From Tubiluchus corallicola (lineage: Eukaryota > Animalia > Priapulida), in NCBI GenBank assembly GCA_030141605.1, contig JAQGDQ010000168.1, forward strand, positions 372,001 through 436,000: a stretch of DNA of 64,000 bases, in the 5' to 3' direction. Within the stretch, counting starts at the first letter, position 1. Each line of letters starts with the position of its first letter. Position numbers and translations under genes: made by a program. This document shows positions 27,330 through 39,502 of this stretch, one piece after another. Below the pieces are notes generated by a model, which saw only the letters and a program-made list of their open reading frames with translations, ran no database searches and was not told where the DNA came from.

Positions 27330-27600
27330 TTGCTGGAGGATGACGACAGAGGCCTGCATCAATAATAGACTAGACAGCATTTAGTACTTTAACATACTGA
27401 AACGTTCCTTTGGCACAGTGCACACATTTCATCGCCGATGTTAAGGGATTCCTATCTTTCTAAATAAGGCAGTTTCTCACCTTTGAAAGATAGGACTTCT
27501 CTTTTCTTGGAGAAGCTCTCCTGTGAGTTTTTAAGGTGTTCGTTGACTTAACTAAGGTGCTCCTTTGCCTTTAAACTAATTTTCTCTATGTCGTCTAACT
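27330..27600 (-). mobile_element. Probable Ty3/Gypsy integrase C-terminal remnant
   Basis: Minus strand VNEHLKNSQESFSKKREVLSFKGE...KGTFQYVKVLNAV*SII resembles the region around the integrase GPY/F motif. It contains stops and frameshifts. Confidence 0.4.
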
Positions 27601-28874
27601 TGAGGTTTAACCACTATTTTGTCGCATGCGTTTTTTCCATTAAAGCTTTATCAGTTCAGCGTTAAACACGAATGAGGTAACTGACATCCCCAAAAGCCCA
27701 GAAAAAACATTAGCCGGCTTATCAGGAATGCCTTTATATAAATGGCGTCACCATTTCTAAAAATGAAGAACGGGTTAACGCTTAAGTAACCTAAAGGTTA
27801 AGTTTTAAGAATGTGCCACTTTGTGATAGTTTCGCTTATTCAAAACAAATAGTTTTACTATCTTGAACAACTTTCCATACACGTATTTTGAATTGGCTAT
27901 AGTTAGCCAGTAGGCCACTCACTAAATGAGCACATAAAAATTTGTGATGCAGTCAGTAATATAGTTTGTCTGTAAGTTATGCAATAAATCGTTTAGGAGT
28001 GAAGTAGTCAGTAGGCTTCTCGCTTAAAAAATACATATAAAAATTCTAAGACAGACAGTCAAACAGTCAATTAGTTAGTTATTCAGCCACTGAGTTTGGC
28101 AGTCTTATTATAAGTTGACCAGTTAGGAGTTAATACCTCAGTCTTGATCAGTCAATTACTTAGTGAATAAACGAATTAATCATTCACTAAGTTAATCAGC
28201 AAAACAGTCGGCGTCAGTGTATTAGTTCATTTACTTGGCCCGGTTGTCAGTCAGTCTGTTGGTCTTCAAATTCAAATTCGAATTCAATCAAATTTATTAT
28301 AATTAAGAACAATTCATCTCAACAAAATATACATCTTATTGATTAGTGATTACTGTGTTATCTAATCATGAGAGTTTCACATGTTATTATGTATGTTTTA
28401 GGGGAGACCTAGGGAAGTCGAGGCTTATGTAACGCCACCCAGAGGGCAATTCGAATTCAAATTGAAAAGACATAGTAACAGCTGACGCAAAACAAGGCAA
28501 TGACAAGCCAACAAGAAAGATAAGTGCTAATATGCGTACAACAGAAGCTGCTTCATCTTGACATTATTTTTACACAATGTTGAGGACAACGCCCCATTTT
28601 GAAAGATTTTGATTTTTAATCAATGTACGTATTTTTTAAGTATCACTCTCCATAACATTCTTTATACTTATAGGGCCTTGTTTTAATAAATCATTTTCAA
28701 GCACATATACCCTAAAAATATTTGTAAACATGGCCACTTGTTTAAAACAAAGGCAAAAAATACAGCAAAGCGTTTGGTATAGAAATGGTTTATAAATAAT
28801 AATTATTTTTAAGCCTTTATTGATATTCAAATACCATTAATTTTCAATTCATGTTATTTCATGATCGTCTCATG

Positions 28875-30897
28875 TTAATTAGCCTTTTTCTCCAAAGCGT
28901 TGTGGTGTATTCCTACTTTCTTCTGAGCCTTGGCGAAGTATGATTCGTAGAAAAACTTAAGAAAGAGTATCATGTAGCTAATGTAAATCATACAGCCACA
29001 AATCTGATTAATGTCATTTCCATTGCAACGGAGATCCAAAAACAAACTAAGGTATAATTTCCAAGTGCAGACTATAAAACCTGTCAAACAAATAATAACA
29101 AATTAAAACGCGAAACTATTATAGGTATACTGTTAATAATAAATGTGGTGTCGGCAGAAAAAATTATTCACCAACAGATGTCCCTCTAGGGAAATAGTTT
29201 TGCCAATAAGAACTTAGCTTACTTTGACGCTTACTATAACAGCACCAGTGTGTTGACAGGTGATGAAAAAATAATGGCACCTCCGTCAAGTTTTTCAGAG
29301 TTTTCGTCATGACAACATAACAGATTTCGTTTCAAACTTGAATAACGTTATGCATGACTGATATTCCACATAACTGATTTAAGGTGTTTTGGACGAAAAC
29401 TGTTTCAATGAAAATTGTTTTTCCTACTTTCCTGCTTTTCACGCATGCAGCGACTGTTCTCTTTTCGCCAGTTTAGGTGCCTAACACATCCCGTCTACAC
29501 AATTTTAAGGCTAAAACAATTATTATTACAATATTCTACGTAGCCACCATTGTAAGCCTTTCCCTCTTTAAAAAAAATTATAATAATAAAGCATAACAAA
29601 AGTCTATATATGGTGCCATCTATATGGTGACTGAAGTGCTGGTTACAGATCTAATCCAGGAAATTTAATTGGTTTTGTGGAATCCATTTTGTAAACGTCA
29701 TCCACATTGTTCTTATATAAATCTACCTTTATTCTATTCTTCAGGAAGCTGAGTAACATTTAACATTGTTACATGGCATAAATCTATTCGATTTTTAGTA
29801 CCCCTACATAGCTTACTGGTAGTGGGTATATAGTGGGAAAAATAGTACATTTTTCAACACAAATGTGTATTTTGTATTAATATTGTATTTTGTGTTTGTA
29901 TTGATACGCTGTTCTATTGTATCGGTACAAATTTTCTTTGTTCATAAATGCAGAAAATATTGTAGACCTGCAACATTTTCAATCAGCGATTATATATTAT
30001 CGCACTTTCATTCTTTAATTTTGTTTTTGCCTTTGTAGCATCAGAACACTAAAGAACGTTACATGTATTTGTGGTTCTACTTTAGTTTAGATTAAGGGAA
30101 TGGGTTTTCGAAAAATGCTGATTAACAAGACGATGGCCATTCCGTGTTAAAAAGAACTTACCCATAATCATTTGCATTATTTGCATCAGCGTAATAACGA
30201 CTTTCACGAATTTCGGCAGTTTTATACCTATCGCTGAAAGAGCAAAATAAAAATACATGACACTGTGCACCATGTAGTTCATGGAACCAAACCATCTACC
30301 CGCTGCGTCATGTACTCTCCAGCTATACCAACAAAATATGAGCACTGTCACGTGGTGATACCAGTGAAGAAAAATCAACTTCTGTTTGCGAAGGACAACA
30401 AAGATTGTGTCGATGAGTTCGGGTGCCTTGGATAATACAACTGCCACCGTGTATATGCTAGGAATACCCAAACCACAACTTACGACACACACCGAGTAAC
30501 TAAAGCCAAAGTTGTTTAAGACATAAAAGAGTTCTGGAACAAGGCGAGATGCTCCAATTGCACTGAACACAGACAAACCAAAATTCCAGAGGCAAAGAGT
30601 TCGTCGCAATTCGAACCTCTTTCTGGTTCTCATGAACTTTTGTATGCCAAAGATGATAAATATGTAAATGGCGGATAAGTAGAATGACCAATGCCAGTAG
30701 TTCTTGAACCACAGGACAACTGAGTCTGTCAATATGATCTTAGGCGTATTATCATCATTCTTTTCAAATGGAAACACGTACCGAAGCGAGAAGTTATACT
30801 GCGGCGCATTTTCACTAGAAAGTTTAATAATGTCATCCCTAGTCAAGTCACCCAGTTCCCTTACTTGCGCCAACTTGCTGAATGTAAATTTCTTCAT
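28875..30897 (-). CDS. ELOVL6: ELOVL6/ELOVL3-like very-long-chain fatty acid elongase (GNS1/SUR4 family), 2 exons, 313 aa
   Basis: Exon 1 30897-30162 (donor ATGG|GTAAG) and exon 2 29080-28875 (acceptor tttgacAG) join in frame (942 nt). Motifs: SKAPELIDT, FLHWYHH histidine box, MNYMVHSVMYFYF, TLMQIMQM, LFLKFFYESY, and a C-terminal di-lysine-like KKAN. Confidence 0.93.
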
Positions 30898-31887
30898 GTT
30901 TACAGAACTTGTATACAATTACGTCAGTGTAAACTGGCAAGCATTTACGACATCCAGTGATTATTAGTTCTAATCAGTAGCACTAAAGCATAACACTGAA
31001 GTATAGTAATAAACTAATAATACAACAGCAACGATGTTTTTGCTAACCTAATCTTAACAACAAAAAGTGCAACAGAGAAAGCTACTGCTTGTAGCTCTGT
31101 TTAACATGCATTTTTGTTAGTATATTGAATTTCTTTTTTCAACAGTGTTCTGCATTATGATGTCACAATCATGTTGATAGGCGTAGAGTCACAATGTGAT
31201 TCTGCAGATGATTCTACCATCTCGCAAAACTAACTAACACAAAGTCAGTCAATGGATGTGATATCACCGACGTCATTAGGGTAGTTTAGCTGAGCAGGCT
31301 TTTTAATCTATTACAAGTATAAATATTAATGTTTATTACAGGCATAAATATTTATGCATGTGTACACAATACGTATAGGAATAACGACAAAGATTTTGTC
31401 TTTCAAACAAAGGATTTTTTTCTACTTTTCTTAATTTGTTCAACTGAACCTCAGAACAGTTAGCGAACAAAAACTCTTTTCAACCCCCTCCCCCCCCCCA
31501 CATTTGTTTTAATAAGTGCCTAGGAACTTAGCAAGAAAGTACATAAGCTTTTGCGAACCGGAAATTTAGTATGAAAAACATCATAAATAAGCTTTTTGGC
31601 CGTATGTGTTAAACTTTTTACAAAAGTTGACCAAAGGTAGAAAGTTCTCAGAGCCACGTTTTGTTTTATAACTGACTAGTTATTTTGGCTCTAAAATTCT
31701 AGGTGCATTTATAACCGTTCCATCGACATTTATATATAAGTATTTTTGTTAAAGACAATGTCACATAAGAAAAATTTCAATGTGTCAACAGTGGAGACAA
31801 TATATTATAATTATAACAAACCTCTCTAATGAACTGAAGTTTGTGAAAATTAAATGTATATATATATTCAAATGTATCAAATGTTTC

Positions 31888-31892
<5 letters not shown>

Positions 31893-31924
<32 letters not shown>

Positions 31925-31975
31925 CGTGCGTGCGTGGGTGCGTGCGTGCGTGTCTGCGTGCGTGCGTGTGTGTGA
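31893..31975. repeat. (GT)n/(GCGT)n microsatellite
   Basis: Directly visible in the sequence. Confidence 0.95.
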
Positions 31976-32769
31976 AACATTTGATACACTTGAAGCAAAA
32001 AAAATTTCAATTTCATTATCATCCACAATGCTCCTTACGATAACGCGTATACATGTCTATGACGTAGTATATTTATTTTTATTTCGTTTTACTTGCACTT
32101 TCTGTGTGTCTGTTTGTGCCAGCTGCTAAGCGTGTATCAGTGTAACATAACCCAAACAAAACTACTGATTAACCGAAGATTTGGGCGTAATACTATTCAC
32201 ATGAAAAACGTTGTTTTAGGAGAATGAATTTTGAAATCACTTAATGTCAGTCTTGTGTGGAAATAGCAGTTAGGGACCTAATCGTTGTGCAAAAATATAA
32301 ATTCGTAAGGTATTCATTCAAATGATGTTTTTCTTTTCTTCATTTTCGGTAAAACTAGTAATTATTGCAAGATCCCTTAGGTAGAGTTTGCTACGTGTTG
32401 CAATTGCACAGCTTTAATCCAAAGATCCTTAGTTCAGCTTGGCTCGTTCACAACTTTTTCAAATTTCGCTCCTTCGGTTAGGTTTTTTTCTACCTTTAAT
32501 AAGTGTAGCCTAGGTTTATTAACAGATGATTTTTTTCAATTAAGATTACAAATAATTAATTACTAATGTAATATAAATGGCTAAAATGTATTAATGAATG
32601 AAAAAAGTGCCATTGTGTGTTACGAAGTCTAGTTTTAACGTTTGATAATGACATTTTATTCTAATAATACTTTCTAACCGCGGAGCTTATAATTATGCAT
32701 ACAAATAACCACAAATGCTACTAGTGTGTACAAAATTAAACTGTAAAGTACAATTATTAGATCACTTAC

Positions 32770-33014
32770 AGTAATGCCTGAGGAGGTCGAAACACTACTT
32801 CAATCCAGTACTTGCAGTTCGTGTAAAGTTTAACCGTCTTTTCCTGCTGAAATCGTTTGCCATCGACTTTGTAAAAAGGATGGCTTCCATCAGGCATCTT
32901 CTTGAACGAGACGGAAACGGTAAAGGTAGGGGCGTGAACATCCGGATTACTCTTGCTGAGCGCCTGAGCCTGCACCGGATCTGTGGTCCGTAACCGGTAC
33001 CTGATCATCTGCAT
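32770..33014 (-). CDS. CNRIP1: CNRIP1, first coding exon
   Basis: Encodes ...FTVSVSFKKMPDGSHPFYKVDGKRFQQEKTVKLYTNCKYWIEVVFRPPQAL, matching the CNRIP1 N-terminus ([33 protein letters not shown]). Ends at a canonical phase-2 donor CT|GTAAGT. The start codon (33014 or 33008) is uncertain. Confidence 0.85.
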
Positions 33015-33843
33015 TGCCACTGCTTTTAAAAAAGACTCGCAAAATATGCTAAACTTTCAATGCAACAGAATCCTTTTGAATTTTTCCTTGTGTTCTAAAA
33101 ATTTCTGACAAATTCTGTCAAAATCATTGTGCTTGTGATTTGTTCATCGCACCGGGCTCAAAGTTGATGATATGAATAACGAATTAATGAATAATGAATA
33201 CTCAGAACAAACCAAGACAACCCCAAAGACAAATGTCGCTACAATCTCTAAAAATTTAATTTTTGTCGCACTAATGTTTAATGTGTAACAGTAAAATGGT
33301 TTAATGCAGCTTTAACTACACAATATCTTCTGCAGACGCAGACTATATTACATAACACTCACATTAAAGCAACAGTTCACCTAGCGGATAATTTTGACTA
33401 ATAAAAGTCAACAAGTCAGTCCGTACAACGAATAAGAAAATAAAGTCATAACTTTGTCAATGCGACTTGATAGCGAATCAATCTCATTTTGTGTGATTCG
33501 ACAACAGGCGCAGTATAGCGGTGCGTTAAACCGTTGGAAAGTCACAGACATACGTAGTATGGCTTCGATGAAGCCGATAAATGAAACTCATAAACAAGCG
33601 CATTAGTTAGCGGTCTGCTGCACTGAGCACCAGCACTCCCAGCAGCCCGTGCTAAGTAGAAATCAATGGCTTCGCTATGATCACGTGACTCACTACAAAT
33701 TAAGCTTGTACTCGTTTTGATCTACCTAACTGAAACCTTGACGATGATATGTACAAACGTAACGTGCTCAATAGCGTTCCATACTTCATACAAAGCAAGC
33801 AGAGAGGTGTTGGTTACAATATAAAAACTGCCTGGCAGTCTTC

Positions 33844-34403
<560 letters not shown>

Positions 34404-35363
34404 TTCTACGCATTTTATTTCATTTAAATTATAGTTGTCATCATGAACAATAGCACTCTTATTGTTTTCCTATAAGCTGAAAATTTCGTTTCTTGCTTAA
34501 GAATGTTTCCTAAAGAGTAATGATAATTGTCTTTAGTTATATTTGTAATTCGATTTACATTAGCAATCTTGTTCGGACAGGCACCCGACTTAAAATTAAT
34601 CCGATTTTAATTTTTTGCTGCCGGAACTGAAAGAGAGTGTAGCGGCCTCTGTTGTCTGTCTGTTTTTTGCTGAGTTACGTTCGTTTCAAAATTTGCTCCT
34701 TTACGTGTGCGTTCGCTTGTCAATTTGTTACTTCCTTCGTCTGTTTGTTCGTTTGTCTATTCCTTTACATGTTTGATGTTTTATTTAGTTGTTTACTTGT
34801 TTGCTCAGTCATCTTTGCCATTTGCCATTCTATGTCCTAGATCTATGCTCACCTTGACTGCTGGTCTTAATTTTTTTGCCACAGAGCAAGATATCACTGG
34901 CCGTTAAGCTATTTGGGAAATAATAGATACATTTTGTTTTTAATGCATTAAAGATAAAGGCAATCTCATTAATATTAGCAGATTCTTGACATCTAATCCA
35001 TAAATCCTGCAGCGCAGGTACACACGGGAGTAATTAAGGAAAGGTCATCAGCATAAAACTAGTGGGAATGATTATATTACCAAGGCGACAAGCAGCAAAG
35101 AAGACGATAACCCTGTCGAACAACGTTAATTTTCTAATATTAAAAGAATTGGAAACAGTCCTACCATAACGTATGCAATGTGCTGAGAGGAGTGCCTAAA
35201 TTTTAGTTCATCTAACTGATCCAGAAAGTCAGTGATCGGGGTAAGGAACCTGTTTTGGTTGATCCTATAACAGTTTTTGTTGTTGTTTTTTCCATTTTTT
35301 GAATGAAATACGTTTATTGACCCTATCAAAGTCTTTGCAGTGTCTTCCAGTTTTCTGAATAAA

Positions 35364-35834
35364 ATTACGATGATCGACCTTATCAAAAACCTTGTTCTGG
35401 TCTCAAAAATGAAGCATACGCCGCACGCGAACAGAGTTTGCAAAAAATTATAATCCGAGCGTGAAATCTCTATAACAACCATGCCTAAACAACTGTTAGT
35501 AAATCATGACAACAAGGCAAACTGACAGCTTGTCATTCGAGTGATTTGTAGTTTGGAATTTAGGGTATGTTGTGTATAACGTTTATCGTTTACGATTAGA
35601 TATTATAGTGGTGAAATTTAGATTTTGTGATCTGTAATTTGTATCAGTTTGTATGTTTGTCATGTATGTAAGGTTTACTAGCCGGTCACTCAGAACTTTA
35701 GTTGATGAGTGAAGTTGCTGATTTGAAACTTCAAAATTTTATAAAGCTGTTATATTGCAAACTTTGTTCGCGTGCGCCGTATGTTTCATTTCTGTGACCA
35801 GAACAAGGTTTTTGATAAGGCCGATCTTCGTAAT
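35364..35834. mobile_element. Palindromic MITE-like element (long inverted repeat)
   Basis: The arm at about 35364-35443 is the near-perfect reverse complement of about 35755-35834. Weaker inverted similarity continues inward. Confidence 0.7.
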
Positions 35835-38800
35835 GTCGATCACCTTGAATCGTATGTTTCATTTCTTTGAATGATTTTGCAGCTTTTGGGATAAAGATGA
35901 AATGTCAATGAGTCTATGACCAACTTAAACTCAGAATAAAATTAGGGCTTCGTATTGTTTACAATTTTACTGAAACCAGTGATGTCTTTGTGCCATTTAT
36001 TACGGTTAAACAATATTTTGCAAAACGTCAAAATGAAAAACCGAGACTCGCCTTCATTTAGCACGAAAAAGCGAAGAGTAACGACATTATTAAATCCTGC
36101 TAATTTTTCTCGTTATATTTCTCGATTCATAAATGACAAGTCGTTTATTTATGGCCAAACCTTTGTTTGCTATGTGTGCAAATTACTCGCTAATCAACGT
36201 GCCATGACATTTTTATTTTTGTTAAGCTTATCCGTGAATTTTAAATGCCACACATAAATCGAAATTTTGAAGGGTAGCCTGAAAATCGTTATTCTTGATT
36301 AAAGCTTATCAATGTTCTCGCAAGCCAAGGAAATAAGCAGTTTTTTTTATAAGAAACGTTCTTTTTAAAAAAAGGTGAACACATTATAAGGCTGCAGCAC
36401 ATGTTTTATGATTTTTAATGCCACACATAAATGATGTAAAAAACTACGATGTTTATAATTATGGGACTTACAGAAAGTTCAGAAAACGAAACGTAAACGA
36501 AATTAAAATCTCTAAGAATGCACAAATTTATTTTAGTCTTTGTACTTATTAAATAAATAAATAAAAGTAAATAAAAAACAAACTATTTGTGATAATGATT
36601 AACGGGCTTAGGTTAAAATCGTTAAATATTTCAAGAGCTAATATAAAGTTACTCTTTTTAAATCGTGCAAATTAGATTTAACAATGCAGAACCAGAGGTA
36701 CATTTTAACAACAGAAACTCGTATTGCCATATTGCCTAAACATTGTTCTCACTTTGAGAAGTTTTACTTTTTCGGCGGAGCACTTGCTGCTTTAACGAAA
36801 GTGGCGTTATCACGCCACTGGCATTATAGTGGCATAGCAGTCACTAATGCTGCCCGTACTTACTGCCTCCTTTACTTGTTTTAAAGGCAAACTTTATCGC
36901 AAACTTTATCCGTCCAATGTCTATAATGGACGTAACGGACATTCAACGATGCGAAATCCACATTAAAAACCTTCAGAAAGAATGTATTCACTTCATACAT
37001 TGAATCAGATTAATTGGATGTCTAACATTCTCGGTCTTAATACTCCATGTATGCTATATGCGAAATATAACAGAACTTTGGCCTAGAAAATGCAGCCCAC
37101 CCTAGTAACTGATAAAGGATGCTTAATTGCTTAGTACCCGTCGCAACTTTTAACCTTCTTTCCTTTCTTTCAAGTTTTGTAAAATATGCAATAATCAATT
37201 ATGCGTTTATACCACCTTATGAAAATAAGATTATAAATAATCTTATAATGTTCTGTAAATTGAAAAATGTCCGCCATTTTTTCGCGACAAGTTTGTCACC
37301 GGGAGAGCTATTCCTTGAAAATATATGGAGCAACGTTCGACTTTGTTGATGAAATTCTTTTCAAAAACGTATCTCAAAACATTCGTTGGCTGTGTGAAAT
37401 TTTACTGCAAGGATGTGTCCTTAAAAGTTAAATAAGCGCCCTTACCATACCTTTTTTAATTAATTATTTTCCTTTCGTTTATTTAGTTGCAAAAATTCGA
37501 GCCAAATGCTAGTATTTTCAATAAGGCGTTTTTACTGATAAGTAAGTGACAAATAATGTTGACAATTATGGTTTAAATTCAATAACGAAAAGCGAGTTCG
37601 TTGTGTTGGGAGTTGTACATTAATTGTTGGAAGCTAAAGGGCACTTTCTAATAATTATTGGAATCCCAAAAACTGAGCTGAGCACTGACACTATAGCACA
37701 TTACAAAAAAGTTAATAGTGATAAAAATAATGCGATTCAAGAGTATCAAGAAAAGCAAAACCTATAAATTTTACCATCTATATGGTGTGGCTATACGTAT
37801 ACTAATAGGTATAAAGAGTGATGAATACACGTTATATTTACTGAAGTATATTTTTACAACTTTATTACATAAATATCGTAATATTGTTATAAACAATACA
37901 TCAACTGATACAGTTTCTACATCAATTATGAAATAAGAGTTTATTTTCAATTTGTATAGACATACTTTCAATAATATAGAAATATCTAATAAAGAGATAC
38001 CTAGCATACTTCCATTAATAATTAAATACGGTAAACGTAGATTATACATGAACTAACTTACATACTAATATGCCAATTCTGCCGGTTGCCTTTGGTAAAA
38101 AATAAGTTAATATATAAATTAAAAAATAATTACTAATTATTCTCTCATAATATCAGTTATGAGATAAAATGTGGAATACAATACAATCACAATGTGGTAC
38201 AATAAATAAAATATAAAACGTATATCTCAGAGACTGAGAACCACAATTGTGCTGAACTGAGACGCATTAATATTAAACAACATTAACCATTGGGCGTAAC
38301 TTCTGACAAGAGATGTATTTAATTATACATACTCAATAGGCCTACTGTTCGTTTACTATTAAAGTAATGGCCTTTGACGGTAACTAAAAATGAGAAATCA
38401 CCCCTTTCGGGCTTACATTACTCCAGTGAATATGCAAATTTACCTAATCATTTCCGTGAAATGGGTAGACCCAATAAAAACAAAATAAAAAGTTTGTTCG
38501 GCAACACGAAGCTAGTTGGTGTTGTGCAGCACCGATAGATGGCAGCACTATACAGTTGGCATAGGCAGTGCATTTAGCAGACGAATAAAGTTTTATCTTT
38601 TTTAAATCTTAAACAAATAATAATCGAATCACACAATTATTATCACAGAATATTGGAAACAGCAAAGGATACCCGTCAAATAAGTTAAAATTTCCAACAT
38701 TTTTTTACATATATTTTTTAACCTTTTAACTGTCTATTACAGTTTTTCTCTTGTTTTCCCTTGCCCCCTTTTTCTCTTTCTCCCCTCTCGTTCTCTCGTT

Positions 38801-39178
38801 TTTTGGTTTCCTCTCTGTTCCGCACTGCCTCTTTGTAGCTATACGTACTTGCTGATCATCCCGTCGGCGCATCAAATTCCGTAATATTCCCTGTCTTCTT
38901 GTGATATTTAACCCACTCAACTAAATTTCTGATAGTCTTTTAACGACTTCCTGTTTAGCGCAAGAAAAACTCGCGCAGCTCCTTTAGAGCACCACGACGT
39001 CATGTGTGTCCATGCAGACGTCACTTCCTGTCTGCCCACGCCGGACATAATCTGTGTTGTAATCTCGGTTTCCATTGGACTATCCACGACCGAAACATCT
39101 GAACGTCTCTGTTCGTTTCTCAAAAGAATTGCCTAATTTGGTCCGCTGATACTAGTTAATAGCTAAAATAAACCGACG

Positions 39179-39502
39179 TCACTTGTGAATCTGCCTCTTC
39201 CGTTGTGCCTTACGTAATCGTCTCAAGTCGTCTAATTCAGCTTTGTTCAAGTTGAAGAAGTGCATGTTAGCGCAGGAGGGGTCCACAATGCGCTTGCCTC
39301 GATGTCTGCTGCACCTGTCCACGCATTTGCCGCCATTGTATAGACCGGGTTCCCAGAGTGTGACGCACTGGGCGCAGTTTCTGACGCAGACGTAATAGTT
39401 TTCTTGCCAGTTTGAAGCGATAGCTCGGGCTTCAGCCTTGCGTAACAAGCAAAGGACGATGAATAAGCTTGCTAGTAAACGCAGTAATACTGGTCTTTCC
39501 AT
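39179..39502 (-). CDS. Eh: Eclosion hormone (EH)-like neuropeptide precursor, 107 aa
   Basis: Signal peptide MERPVLLRLLASLFIVLCLLRKAEA. Six cysteines spaced C-x3-C-x2-C-x13-C-x3-C-x12-C, with the EH hallmark NCAQC and a G-x-x-C motif (insect EH: CIENCAQC...EGPLCAESC...PEC). A splice acceptor ctgtAG lies just upstream of the ATG (exon starts at 39514). Confidence 0.85.
   Translation of the reverse strand: MERPVLLRLLASLFIVLCLLRKAEARAIASNWQENYYVCVRNCAQCVTLWEPGLYNGGKCVDRCSRHRGKRIVDPSCANMHFFNLNKAELDDLRRLRKAQRKRQIHK

Noticed and set aside
38726-39123. Short ORFs downstream of the EH-like stop
   Set aside because: No recognisable motifs; best explained as EH 3' UTR.
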